The notes under the pieces: model-generated
Seen by the model: only the letters and a program-made list of their open reading frames with translations
The model's database searches: none
Told to the model about the DNA's origin: nothing
DNA from: an uncultured Chloroflexia bacterium
GTDB taxonomy: Bacteria; Chloroflexota; Chloroflexia; Thermomicrobiales; CFX8
Assembly (NCBI GenBank): GCA_963729445.1
Contig: CAVSNU010000003.1
Span: 770,550 to 834,549 of the forward strand
Direction: 5' to 3'
DNA: 64,000 nucleotides
Part shown: positions 10,505-19,138 of the stretch, piece after piece
How the letters are laid out: each line of letters begins with the position of its first letter
Numbering within the stretch: the first letter of the stretch is position 1
Program-made: the position numbers and the translations under genes

Positions 10505-10820
10505 CGATAATCATGGCCCCATGTTCGTAGGGGCGCAACAATGAGTTTGCCCTGATTGATCCGCTCATGAGGAATGCGTAGCGGCGCAATTTATTGCGCC
10601 TTGCCTGGCCGCTCGGGCGCCGGAGAGGGCGCAATGAATTGCGCCGCTTCGCAGATGGGGCCCACAATTATCGGATGAATTCAGACAATTTCATCACTAC
10701 GCCCTGTCTGGCTGCCCATGGCATTGGAGAGGGCGCAATGAATTGCGCCCCTACGCAGATGGAACCCCACGATTATCGGATGAACCAGGACATCTTCATA
10801 ATTGCGCCCCTACGCATCGC
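10505..10820. repeat. Composite intergenic palindromic repeat, family A (GGCGCAAT-NN-ATTGCGCC hairpins), locus 1
   Basis: Palindromes GGCGCAATTTATTGCGCC (about 10583) and GGGCGCAATGAATTGCGCC (about 10627 and about 10731). There are two tandem units of about 100 bp, ...GGGCGCAATGAATTGCGCC(G/C)CT(T/A)CGCAGATGG..CCCAC.ATTATCGGATGAA..., plus an inverted partial copy at about 10505-10545. About 80 bp is near-identical to 33285..33360. Confidence 0.7.
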
Positions 10821-10845
10821 TTCCCGTACCATCAGCGGGCGGTCG

Positions 10846-11724
10846 TTACAACCCGCCGCTGAACGTGTCGCATTCTTCCGGCTCGCCGGTCCGGTAGCCG
10901 GTGGTGAACCATTCCTGGCGCTGCTCCGATGAACCGTGCGACCATGATTCAGGGGACACGCTTCCCTGGGTGCGTTGCTGTATGCGGTCGTCACCGACTG
11001 CGGCGGCGGCGTCCAGGCCGATGGCAATATCCTCCTCCGTTAGCTCGGTGAGGATCTCGGTCCCGGCCGCATGGTGCGACCAGACCCCTGCGAAGCAGTC
11101 TGCCTGAAGTTCCGCACGCACCGCCGCGCTCTCGGGTCCCTCGCGGTCGTTCCCGATCTGACCCAGGATTCCCTCAAGATTCTGCACGTGGTGCCCGTAT
11201 TCATGAGCCAGGACGTACGCCTCGGCGAACGGTCCACCCTGAGCGCCGAGCTGCGTGCGCAGATCGTTGAAGAAGGTGAGATCCAGATAGACGCCCATGT
11301 CTGGCGGACAGTAGAAAGGACCCGTGGCAGAGCTGGCGAAACCGCAGCCGGTCTGGGTTGAAGCGCTGAAGAGCACCGTTTCGGCCGGAATGTACTCTTC
11401 ACCGCGCGATCCATACTCCTCGGTCCAGTACTCCTGGATGCTGTTCACGTAGGCGACGATCCGGCAATCCTGCTGCTCGTTTGCGTCCTGGCCTGTCTGG
11501 CAGTCCTCTGCGAGGCTGCCGTCCTCCACCGCTACGCCGGGGTTGTTCGATGGGGAAGAAGGTGAGCCTCCGGTATCGAGCGGGTTGACCCCTAAGAGCA
11601 GCGAGACCACAAGGATGATCAATCCAATCCCGCCGCCGACTCCGCCTATGGCCTTTGCACCACCTCCGCGCCGGTCCTCGACCTGAGAGGTGTCAAGGCG
11701 TGCTCGCCTGTTGAATCTCGGCAT
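10846..11724 (-). CDS. ypfJ: Putative neutral zinc metallopeptidase (YpfJ / PF04228-like), N-terminal membrane anchor
   Basis: Intact 292-aa ORF. It has a Gly-rich N-terminus and a TM helix ([19 protein letters not shown]), an HExxH motif in [14 protein letters not shown], and [11 protein letters not shown] downstream. Confidence 0.8.
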   Translation of the reverse strand: MPRFNRRARLDTSQVEDRRGGGAKAIGGVGGGIGLIILVVSLLLGVNPLDTGGSPSSPSNNPGVAVEDGSLAEDCQTGQDANEQQDCRIVAYVNSIQEYWTEEYGSRGEEYIPAETVLFSASTQTGCGFASSATGPFYCPPDMGVYLDLTFFNDLRTQLGAQGGPFAEAYVLAHEYGHHVQNLEGILGQIGNDREGPESAAVRAELQADCFAGVWSHHAAGTEILTELTEEDIAIGLDAAAAVGDDRIQQRTQGSVSPESWSHGSSEQRQEWFTTGYRTGEPEECDTFSGGL

Positions 11725-11866
11725 CTCTGTCTCTCCAGGAGGTAATGCGTCCGCATGTCAATATTTAGAGTTCGGAAATGCGCAGAATGCGCTCCACGGC
11801 GGTGCCGTCTGACCGGCCGTGACACTACTCTGAGTGTAGCGCCTCCCGCAGCCCCAAGAACAAGGT

Positions 11867-11899
11867 CGTGCCCCCGGCGCATGAGGCGCCGGGGGCACG
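11867..11899 (-). terminator. GC-rich perfect hairpin downstream of the D-aminoacylase gene
   Basis: CGTGCCCCCGGCGC-ATGAG-GCGCCGGGGGCACG, 28 nt below the stop at 11928. On the minus-strand RNA it is followed by CCUUGUUCUU. Confidence 0.5.
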
Positions 11900-11927
11900 A
11901 TCACTCGACATCGTTGAGTTGTGTTTC

Positions 11928-13523
11928 CTAGGTGCGCGTTCCGGGCGCTCCCACCTCCCGGCGCAACGCGCGGCCGGCCAGGTTACCGGTCTCGCGGCTG
12001 TCCCGCACTGCGTGGATGCCGTTCACGAAAACATGCTCGATACCTACCGGGAACTCGGTCGGGTTCGCGTAGGTCGAGCAGTCGATGACCGTGTCCGGGT
12101 TGAAGACCGTAATATCGGCGAAAGCCCCGGGCCGCAGGACGCCACGATCGTTGACGCCGATGCGCCAGGCAGGTAATGAGGTCATTTTGCGAATCGCTGC
12201 CTCAAGCGGCATGAGCTTCTCGTCGCGCACGTAGTGGCCGAGGACCTTCGGGTAGGTCCCGTAGGTCCGTGGATGGGGCGTCCCACCCATCAGACCGTCG
12301 GTGCAATGGATCAACCAGGGCTGCACCAGCAGGTGGCGGACGTCATCCTCGTGCATCATGTGCAGGATCATCGAGACCGCGTGGTTCTCCTCCAGGAGCA
12401 GCCGCACCATCGTCTGATAGTTGTCGAGGTTCCACTGCGTGGCAATCTCGGGAATCCGCTTGCCGACGACCCATTGGTTGGCCGCGGTTTTCACGCCGAC
12501 AATCGCGATCGATTCCCAGGAGCTGGACGCAATGCTCGACTCCCAGTCATGCCGGCCATGCTCGATCTCGGTACGGATGCGCTCTTCCAGCGACTCGTCA
12601 CGCAGGAAGGCATTCAGCCCCTCGACACCCCGCGAGTGGCACCACGGCGGCAAGAGGGCGCCCAGCATCGTCGAGCCGGCTGTATAGGGGTATTGGTCGG
12701 CCGTGACATCGATACCCTCGGCACGCGCCCGATCCATGGCGGCGCTCATCTCGGGAGCCTTGCCCCAGGCACGACCGCCGCGCGCCTTGAAGTGGGAGAT
12801 GTGCTGCGAGGCACCGGTCGCGCGACCGACGGTGAACACTTCCTCCATGCCATCGAGAACGCGCAGGCCCTCGAAGCGCATGTGATAGACCATAAAGCTG
12901 TTGTGGCGCTTCACCACGTGCCCCAGCGCGATGATCTCGTCGGTGTCGGCGTAGACGCAGGGTGAATAGATCAGACCGGTGGAGAAGCCGCACGCGCCAT
13001 TCGTCAGCGCATCATCGACCAACGCCTGCATCGCGACCAGCTCGGTCGCGGTCGGCGCGCGATCGTCCATCCCCATGACATGCAGGCGCACGGTTCCATG
13101 GCCGACCATGCCGGCCATGTTGATCGCCGCGCCCCCGATGCGGTCGAAGTAGTCGCCGTAACTGCGCCACGTCCACTCAACCTGCGGATCGTCGTTCAAG
13201 CCGGACAGGTGCGTGCGCCAGTGATCGACGTCTTCAGCCTTGATCGGCGCTTCGGAGAGCCCGTCCTGGCCCAGGAGGTCGGTCGTGATGCCCTGGCGCA
13301 GCTTCGGCGAGAGCTGGCGATTGGACAAGCCGACGAGGTCGCAGTGGCTGTGTGTGTCGATGAACCCCGGCGACACCGCCATACCCGTGACGTCGATCTG
13401 TTCGCCCCTTGGCAACACATTGCCCAGCTCGGCGATCCGGTCGTTCTCGATCACAAGATTTCCACGCCGGCCCGGGTTCCCGAGTCCGTCGTACAGGGTT
13501 CCGTTGACCAACGTTACCGTCAT
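11928..13523 (-). CDS. D-aminoacylase (N-acyl-D-amino-acid deacylase), amidohydrolase superfamily
   Basis: Intact 531-aa ORF. N-terminus LVNGTLYDGLGNPGRRGNLVIENDRIAELG...SPGFIDTHSHCD. The length and C-terminal beta-barrel region are typical of D-aminoacylases. Confidence 0.8.
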   Translation of the reverse strand: MTVTLVNGTLYDGLGNPGRRGNLVIENDRIAELGNVLPRGEQIDVTGMAVSPGFIDTHSHCDLVGLSNRQLSPKLRQGITTDLLGQDGLSEAPIKAEDVDHWRTHLSGLNDDPQVEWTWRSYGDYFDRIGGAAINMAGMVGHGTVRLHVMGMDDRAPTATELVAMQALVDDALTNGACGFSTGLIYSPCVYADTDEIIALGHVVKRHNSFMVYHMRFEGLRVLDGMEEVFTVGRATGASQHISHFKARGGRAWGKAPEMSAAMDRARAEGIDVTADQYPYTAGSTMLGALLPPWCHSRGVEGLNAFLRDESLEERIRTEIEHGRHDWESSIASSSWESIAIVGVKTAANQWVVGKRIPEIATQWNLDNYQTMVRLLLEENHAVSMILHMMHEDDVRHLLVQPWLIHCTDGLMGGTPHPRTYGTYPKVLGHYVRDEKLMPLEAAIRKMTSLPAWRIGVNDRGVLRPGAFADITVFNPDTVIDCSTYANPTEFPVGIEHVFVNGIHAVRDSRETGNLAGRALRREVGAPGTRT

Positions 13524-14926
13524 CGGGCGCTCGCTCCCTCTCTGCCATACCCACGCGCCAGGAACTGCCCGTCGCCCGGCACGCCTACAACCGGGTTGCC
13601 CTGGCTGCTGTCGAACACTGTCTTGCCGCGCAGCATCGTCCTCACGACGGACGCCCCGACGGTCTTGCCCTCATACGGAGTCCACTTGTTGCGGTGCAGC
13701 ATATCCTTGCCGCGCACCTCCCAGGCACATTGCGGGTCATAGAACGCCAGATCAGCGTCGGAGCCGACCTGGATGACGCCCTTCTGGGGGTAGAGCCCGA
13801 AGACCCGGGCAGGGTTCGTCGCGGAGAGCTCGACGAAGCGCTCGAGTGACTGACCGCGCTTGTTGATCATCTCGTCAAACAGCCCCGGGTACATGGTCTG
13901 AATGCCCGAGCAACCCAGCGGCGCTTTCCAGATGTCGTCCAGACCGGCTTCTTTGGATTCCATCGTGTAGCCACAGTGATCGGACGAAACCACGTCAACC
14001 GTGCCGTCGTAGATGTACTCCCAGATTCGCTCGACCTCGTCACGCGACCTGAATGCCGGGGCACAACGCGCGAACGGGCCATGCTTCTCCAGGTCGGAAT
14101 GGTCGAGCAGCAGATATTGCGGACAGGTCTCAGCCTCAACCCGCACGCCGCGCTGCCGCGCCTCCTTCACCAGCTTGAACCCGTCAGCCGCGGCCAGGTG
14201 GCAGATGTAGATCCGCGCGCCGGTGAGCTCGGCGAAGAAGAGCGCTCGATGGACCGCCTCCACCTCGACTAGCGGTGGCCGGCTCTCGGCGTGCGCCATA
14301 GGGTCTTTGCGGCCGGCCGCCTGCATTCTCGCGATGCCGGCCGTCAGCATGTCATCGTTCTCGCAGTGAATACCGAACGGCAGGTCGTCGCGACCGGCAA
14401 GCAGCTTGAACGTGTCGTGCAACACCACATCGTTCGCCCTCGGAAAGCCCGGGCTCGAGGCCGGCATGAACGCTTTGAGCGCCACAATCCCCTCGTCGAT
14501 CATCTCCTCGATCTGCTCTTGAGGTTGACCGATCACGCCGCCCCAGAGCGCGACGTCGATATGTGAGCGCTTCGAGATCAGCTTGCGCTTCTCCCGGATG
14601 TGCGCTCCGGTCGACGCCGCCGGAGTGGCCTGGGGCATTTCGACAGCGGTCGTTATGCCACCAGCAATCCCGCCCCTGGAACCCGTCTCGAAGCCCTCGA
14701 CGAGGTTCGGGTCCGGCTCCTTGAAATGGGTATGTGCGTCAATCCCGCCTGGAACGACGATCAGGCCGCTGGCGTCAATCCGCTCATCGGCCTCGACACC
14801 CCGGGAATCGGTCATGAGGGCCGCGATCCGCTCGCCCCGGATCAGGATGTCGGCCCGAACCGGTCCGTCAGACGTCACGACCGTCCCGCCGTGAACGATC
14901 GTCACCCTGTTTGAGTCCTGCGCCAC
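13520..14926 (-). CDS. Cyclic amidohydrolase of the allantoinase/dihydroorotase/hydantoinase family
   Basis: Intact 468-aa ORF. Motifs: PGGIDAHTHF (HxH metal site), IVALKAFM (carbamylated Lys), FGIHCEN, ETCPQYLLL, VSSDHC. The ETCPxYL pattern is closest to allantoinase. Its stop overlaps the aminoacylase start by 4 nt. Confidence 0.75.
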   Translation of the reverse strand: MAQDSNRVTIVHGGTVVTSDGPVRADILIRGERIAALMTDSRGVEADERIDASGLIVVPGGIDAHTHFKEPDPNLVEGFETGSRGGIAGGITTAVEMPQATPAASTGAHIREKRKLISKRSHIDVALWGGVIGQPQEQIEEMIDEGIVALKAFMPASSPGFPRANDVVLHDTFKLLAGRDDLPFGIHCENDDMLTAGIARMQAAGRKDPMAHAESRPPLVEVEAVHRALFFAELTGARIYICHLAAADGFKLVKEARQRGVRVEAETCPQYLLLDHSDLEKHGPFARCAPAFRSRDEVERIWEYIYDGTVDVVSSDHCGYTMESKEAGLDDIWKAPLGCSGIQTMYPGLFDEMINKRGQSLERFVELSATNPARVFGLYPQKGVIQVGSDADLAFYDPQCAWEVRGKDMLHRNKWTPYEGKTVGASVVRTMLRGKTVFDSSQGNPVVGVPGDGQFLARGYGREGASAR

Positions 14927-14997
14927 TGTATTAACCTCCGCGTGTCTCTGTGCATACGCTCATGTGCTCATGTGCCCGGCATCGTAGCACCGTGTCG

Positions 14998-16050
14998 TCA
15001 TTCTTCGGCGCCCTCGGAACCCTCATCGCTCGACTCGGCGTCATAATCGGGAAAGCGAAACGCCATCTCACGCTCCAGTAGGCCGCCGTAACCAAGCTCA
15101 ACGATGTCGTCCGAGACAACCTTCTGCCCGGTCATCACCAGCGGCAGAATCAGATCGGCGACCGTGGCTTTGGAATACATCGAGCATGAAGCCAGGCTGA
15201 TAATGGGCACATCGCTGACTTCAGCCAGCCAGAACATACTGCCGGGATGGGCCGGCGCACCAAAATGGACCATCTCAGCTTCGATCTCATCGAGTGCCAG
15301 GAAGATGGGGTCGAGCGGATCGATGGTGTTTCCGCCTGCCGCCATCAGAATATTCGCCCCCAGCGAGAGTCCTTCCTGGAGGGCCCGCGCCACGGATTCC
15401 GGATCTGCGTCCACGAATTGCACGCCCACCAGTTCTGACCCATACCAGTTGATCTTGCGTGCCACTATCTCCTCGAAGCGCTGGCGCATCTTCTCGTTCA
15501 AGCCCTCGGTAGCAACAACAAAGACTCGTTTCGGGGCAAACGGGAGCACGACAATCGGGGGACGCGCGGCCTCGGCACAGAGCCGTTCGATCTCACGCAC
15601 CCGCTCTTCAGGGAGCGTGATCGGCGTCACCTTGACCCCCGCGACGACCTTGCCGCTCACGACCGTCTGACGGTCCAGCAAGCTAAAGACCGTCGCACCC
15701 ATCACCCTGTTGACGTCGCGCAACAGGTCTGCATCCACCCGAAGTAGCCCCTTGCGATCCGCGATCAGGTTAAAACGGCTTTGAATCGGTCCCTTGATCC
15801 GCAAGCCTTCGCCGGCGACGGCAGCCGCAATGCGGCGGCCCGCCTCATCCTCGTGAAGATCGTCTGGCTCCGGCTCGATCAGGTGCAGCGTGGCGGGCGC
15901 AACCTCGGCCCACTGCTCCAACACCCGCTGATCGATGCGTGATCCTTTGCGAAAGAGCCGCTTACCGGCCGTCGACCGGACTTCCTCGGCCAGAATCCAG
16001 CCCAGTTGACGGTCGCCCACCGTCGTCGAGTCAATTGTGTGAGCCCGCAT
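14998..16050 (-). CDS. Molybdopterin-binding (MoCF-biosynthesis/MoeA-CinA-like) domain protein; function uncertain
   Basis: Intact 350-aa ORF. The C-terminal half (VFVVATEG...ANILMAAGGNTIDPLDP...HFGAPAHPGSMFWLA) resembles the MoaB/MogA/MoeA-type cofactor-binding fold. Assigned from memory of the family only. Confidence 0.4.
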   Translation of the reverse strand: MRAHTIDSTTVGDRQLGWILAEEVRSTAGKRLFRKGSRIDQRVLEQWAEVAPATLHLIEPEPDDLHEDEAGRRIAAAVAGEGLRIKGPIQSRFNLIADRKGLLRVDADLLRDVNRVMGATVFSLLDRQTVVSGKVVAGVKVTPITLPEERVREIERLCAEAARPPIVVLPFAPKRVFVVATEGLNEKMRQRFEEIVARKINWYGSELVGVQFVDADPESVARALQEGLSLGANILMAAGGNTIDPLDPIFLALDEIEAEMVHFGAPAHPGSMFWLAEVSDVPIISLASCSMYSKATVADLILPLVMTGQKVVSDDIVELGYGGLLEREMAFRFPDYDAESSDEGSEGAEE

Positions 16051-16173
16051 ATGATTCCTCCTCGATGCACGTTGATGATGTCAGGCCAATCGTAGCAACG
16101 TTGGGCCAATCTGTACCCTGATAACGTACTATTCGCGAGTCGAATCGAACCTCACTGGAAGGGCAATGAGCCC

Positions 16174-16629
16174 ATGGCTATATCCAAGCGCAAACGTCTA
16201 GAGTTACTGAAAGACATTTCTGCCGGCTATCTCCAGCTCCGCAAGACGATCAGCAGCCTCAGTGACGCCGAGCTCACGCGGCCAAACGTCGCCGGCAAAT
16301 GGAGCGGGAAGGATCTCATCGCCCACATTGCCGACCGGGAGGCCGTCTATACACAGATGCTGCGCGACCGTGACGCGGGGCGACCTGAGAGCCGGCCCAC
16401 CGAAGACGATACCGACGCTGCTCGTGACGCATGGAGCGAAGCACAGGTGATCGCCAAAGCCGACTGGTCGCTCGACGAGGTCCGCGAATACCTGGAGCAA
16501 ACGCACGTCGACCTGATGGAATTGCTGGAGCGCTTACCGGACATCGATCCCGACGAAGCCCTTGAGTTCACACGGGACCACTACGGCATGCACTACGACG
16601 ACTTTCTCGCCACCCGCACAAAGCGCTGA
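16174..16629 (+). CDS. DinB/ClbS-like four-helix-bundle protein
   Basis: Intact 151-aa ORF. The pattern L..LR..I..LSDAEL......GKWSGKDLIAHIADRE is typical of DinB_2/DUF1706-type proteins. Confidence 0.4.
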   Translation: MAISKRKRLELLKDISAGYLQLRKTISSLSDAELTRPNVAGKWSGKDLIAHIADREAVYTQMLRDRDAGRPESRPTEDDTDAARDAWSEAQVIAKADWSLDEVREYLEQTHVDLMELLERLPDIDPDEALEFTRDHYGMHYDDFLATRTKR

Positions 16630-16737
16630 CGATAGGCGAGGGTGAACCTGCCATGTTAATAACCGAACTTGTGGAGACCGCAGCTTAACAAGGCCCACTG
16701 AGCGCGGGCGGTAGAGGCCGTGGAATACAGGGCGCGT

Positions 16738-16962
16738 AACCAGTCATCCTGAGCGCCTCACCAGTCACCCCGAGCGTGTTCGTCACCCTGGGCGCCAATC
16801 AGTCAGCCTGAGCGCCTTGATAGTCATCCTGACGTTAGGAAGGATCTCTTGCTTGACTCCCGAGGCGTTTCACGCAGAGATCCTTCCTAACGTCAGGATG
16901 ACTGATAAACGCCCGGGTGACTGTTGAACACCGGGATGACTATCAAGGCGCTCAGGCTGACA
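16738..16962. repeat. Tandem-plus-inverted array of about 20-bp units, family B (AGTCATCCTGAGCGCC type), locus 1
   Basis: There are four or five forward units (CAGTCATCCTGAGCGCC, CAGTCACCCCGAGCG, CGTCACCCTGGGCGCC, CAGTCAGCCTGAGCGCC). A central 28-bp perfect inverted repeat follows: AGTCATCCTGACGTTAGGAAGGATCTCT - 26 nt - AGAGATCCTTCCTAACGTCAGGATGACT. Three units in inverted orientation then follow (..CGCCCGGGTGACT, ..CACCGGGATGACT, ..GGCGCTCAGGCTGAC). Confidence 0.7.
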
Positions 16963-17012
16963 AACCGGCGCATCTTGGACCAGCGGGCGATCCGGGCGAA
17001 ACGCACAATACG

Positions 17013-17040
17013 AAAGGCCGGCGCGAGTGCGCCGGCCTTT
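17013..17040 (-). terminator. Hairpin downstream of clpX
   Basis: AAAGGCCGGCGC-GAGT-GCGCCGGCCTTT, 40 nt below the clpX stop. The flanking T/A runs are short, so it may act bidirectionally or only as an RNA-stability element. Confidence 0.5.
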
Positions 17041-17079
17041 CGATGGTGAACACAGTGTCCTATTTGGCGGTAGCGCGTC

Positions 17080-18365
17080 CTACGCGCTCTCCTGCAGCTC
17101 GATGGGGCTGTCATTGACGCTCATCAGCAGCGGCCGGGTGCGGTTGTTGATCACGTCGGCGTTGACGACGCACTTGCGCACGCCTTCAAGCGACGGGATG
17201 TCGTACATCACGTCCAGCAGCACTTCTTCGATCGTCGTGCGCAGACCGCGTGCGCCGGTCTTGCGCTTCTGCGGCCTGCTCGGCGGCGGCCATCAGCGCG
17301 TCCTGGGTGAAGACCAGCTCAACGTCGTCAAACTGAAGAACATGCTGCTCAAACTGCTTGACGATCGCGTTCGGCGGCTCGATGAGAATCCGCATCAGGT
17401 CGTCCGTCGTTAAGCGCGTCGAGCGAGACGACGACCGGCAACCGGCCAACGAACTCCGGGATCAGCCCGTACTGCAGCAGGTCGTCATGGTCGACATACG
17501 GCAGCAGCGAGCCTTCGCCACCCTGCTCGACCAGACTCGGCGCGTCCACCGAAACCGAATTGCGCCGTCGCGTGCCCAGACCGCTTGCCGACGATCTCGT
17601 CCAGGCCCTCGAACGCGCCACCGACAGATGAAGAGGATGTTGCGCGTATCGATCTGGATGTATTCCTGGTGCGGGTGCTTGCGCCCACTCTGCGGCGGCA
17701 CATTGGCGACGGTGCCCTCAATGATCTTCAGCAGCGCCTGCTGTACACCCTCACCCGAGACATCACGGGTGATCGATGGGGTTGTCGGACTTGCGCGCGA
17801 TCTTGTCGATCTCATCGATGTAGATGATGCCGGTCTGGGCGCGGGTCGACATCGCCGGCATTCTGGATCAAGCGCAGCAGGATGTTCTCCACATCCTCGC
17901 CGACGTAGCCTGCCTCGGTCAGGGCGGTGGCATCGGCGATCGAGAACGGCACGATCCAGGATCTTGGCCAGCGTCTGAGCCAGGAGCGTCTTGCCGCTCC
18001 CGGTCGGGCCGACCAGCAGGATGTTGATTTCTGGAGCTCGACATCGTCGTCACTCGCGGCCCGACGCTGATGCGCTTGTAGTGGTTGTAGACCGCGACCG
18101 AGAGGATCTTCTTCGCGCGGTCCTGGCCGATGACGTAGTTGTTAAGCTGCTCATAGAGCTTCCTCGGCGGGAGGATCTTGGAAAAGTTTGGCTCGGGACG
18201 TGCTGCGGGCGTCTCTTCTTCTTCGATAATCTCGCGGCACAGCTGAACGCACTCGTCACAGATATACACTGCGCCCGGCCCTGCGATGAGCCGGCGCACT
18301 TCCTCCTGGCTCTTACCGCAGAAGGAGCAACGATAATGCACTCGCCCACCTCGTGATCCAGTCAT
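17080..18365 (-). pseudogene. clpX: ATP-dependent Clp protease ATP-binding subunit ClpX; at least 8 frame breaks as sequenced
   Basis: ORF 17919..18365 gives the Zn-finger N-terminus ([13 protein letters not shown]...YICDECV) up to ...[13 protein letters not shown]. The rest must be read by hopping frames. Pieces are [32 protein letters not shown] (Walker A) and [82 protein letters not shown] lies in ORF 17462..17815. [14 protein letters not shown] lies in 17485..17721. [23 protein letters not shown] lies in 17349..17621. [20 protein letters not shown] lies in 17186..17449. The final piece is [22 protein letters not shown]...IELQESA* (my translation, stop at 17080-17082). Confidence 0.9.
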
Positions 18366-18410
18366 GCTGTGCCTTCCCCTCGGGATTGAGTCTCTCTCGC
18401 CAGACGATAC

Positions 18411-19069
18411 CTAGTCAGCAACCTTGCCGTTCACCTCGGCAGCCCGCATCGCCTTCAGCTTCTCCAGCTTGGGTGATTCAAGCACATGATCCACCAGGCC
18501 GTAGTCTTTTGCTTCGTCTGCAGACAGGTACTTGTCGCGCTCGCGTGTCACGCTTAATGGTGTCGTATGACTGGCCGGTGTGCAAGGCCATGATCTCTGT
18601 CATCCGGCGCGTGAGACGCATGGTCTCCTCCGCAAGGATCTCGATGTCGGGGATGTTACCCCGGAAGCCGGCCGAGCCCTGGTGGATCAGGATGCGCGAG
18701 TTCGGCAGCGCAAAGCGCTTGCCGTGGGTACCCGCCGCAAGCAGGACCGCGCCCATGCTGGCGGTAATGCCACAGGCGTAGGTGCGAACGTCGGCGGAAA
18801 TCGACTGCATGGTGTCGTAGATGAAGAGGCCGTGATACACACTGCCTCCCGGCGAGTCGATGTACATCTGGATGTCCTGCTCCGGATTGTCGTTGTCCAG
18901 GAACAGCAACTGGGCGCGAGATCAGATTCGCGATCTGGTCGTCGATCGGAGTACCAAGAATGATGATGCGATCGCGCAGCAGCCGCGAGTAGATGTCGTA
19001 GGCACGCTCACCGCGGTTGGTGCTCTCGACCACCATCGGCACGAGGTTGGTAGGTAGCGAACGGTCCAT
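18411..19069 (-). pseudogene. clpP: ATP-dependent Clp protease proteolytic subunit ClpP; 2 frame breaks as sequenced
   Basis: The start [39 protein letters not shown] lies within ORF 18656..19102 (GGAAGGA upstream). The first break is at about 18910. ORF 18478..18909 carries [24 protein letters not shown]...[14 protein letters not shown] (catalytic Ser)...ILIHQGSAG. The second break is at about 18545. My translation of the third frame gives [43 protein letters not shown] (stop at 18411-18413). Confidence 0.9.
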
Positions 19070-19138
19070 GAGATGGGTCCTTCCGGCACGTGAGTGCATC
19101 ATGGTCGGCCGGTCACGATCGATTGGCGACCGGCGGGT

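Noticed and set aside
10594-10932. 112-aa + ORF spanning the family A repeats
   Set aside because: Its sequence (..GRNELRR..GAMNCAPT..) is just the translation of the palindromic repeat units. It also runs into the antisense of the Zn-peptidase gene.
16738-16962. Possible CRISPR array (regularly spaced short repeats)
   Set aside because: The units are contiguous with no unique spacers, the repeats are degenerate and flip orientation, there are no cas genes in the window, and a second small copy exists at 57.3 kb. It is better explained as a REP/MITE-like element.
17080-18365. Programmed ribosomal frameshifting or recoding as an explanation for broken clpX, sufB and other genes
   Set aside because: There are too many breaks per gene (up to 8) and they go in both directions. 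No slippery heptamer or stimulatory structure is evident at the junctions I resolved, and several breaks sit in plain homopolymers. Indel error is far more parsimonious.
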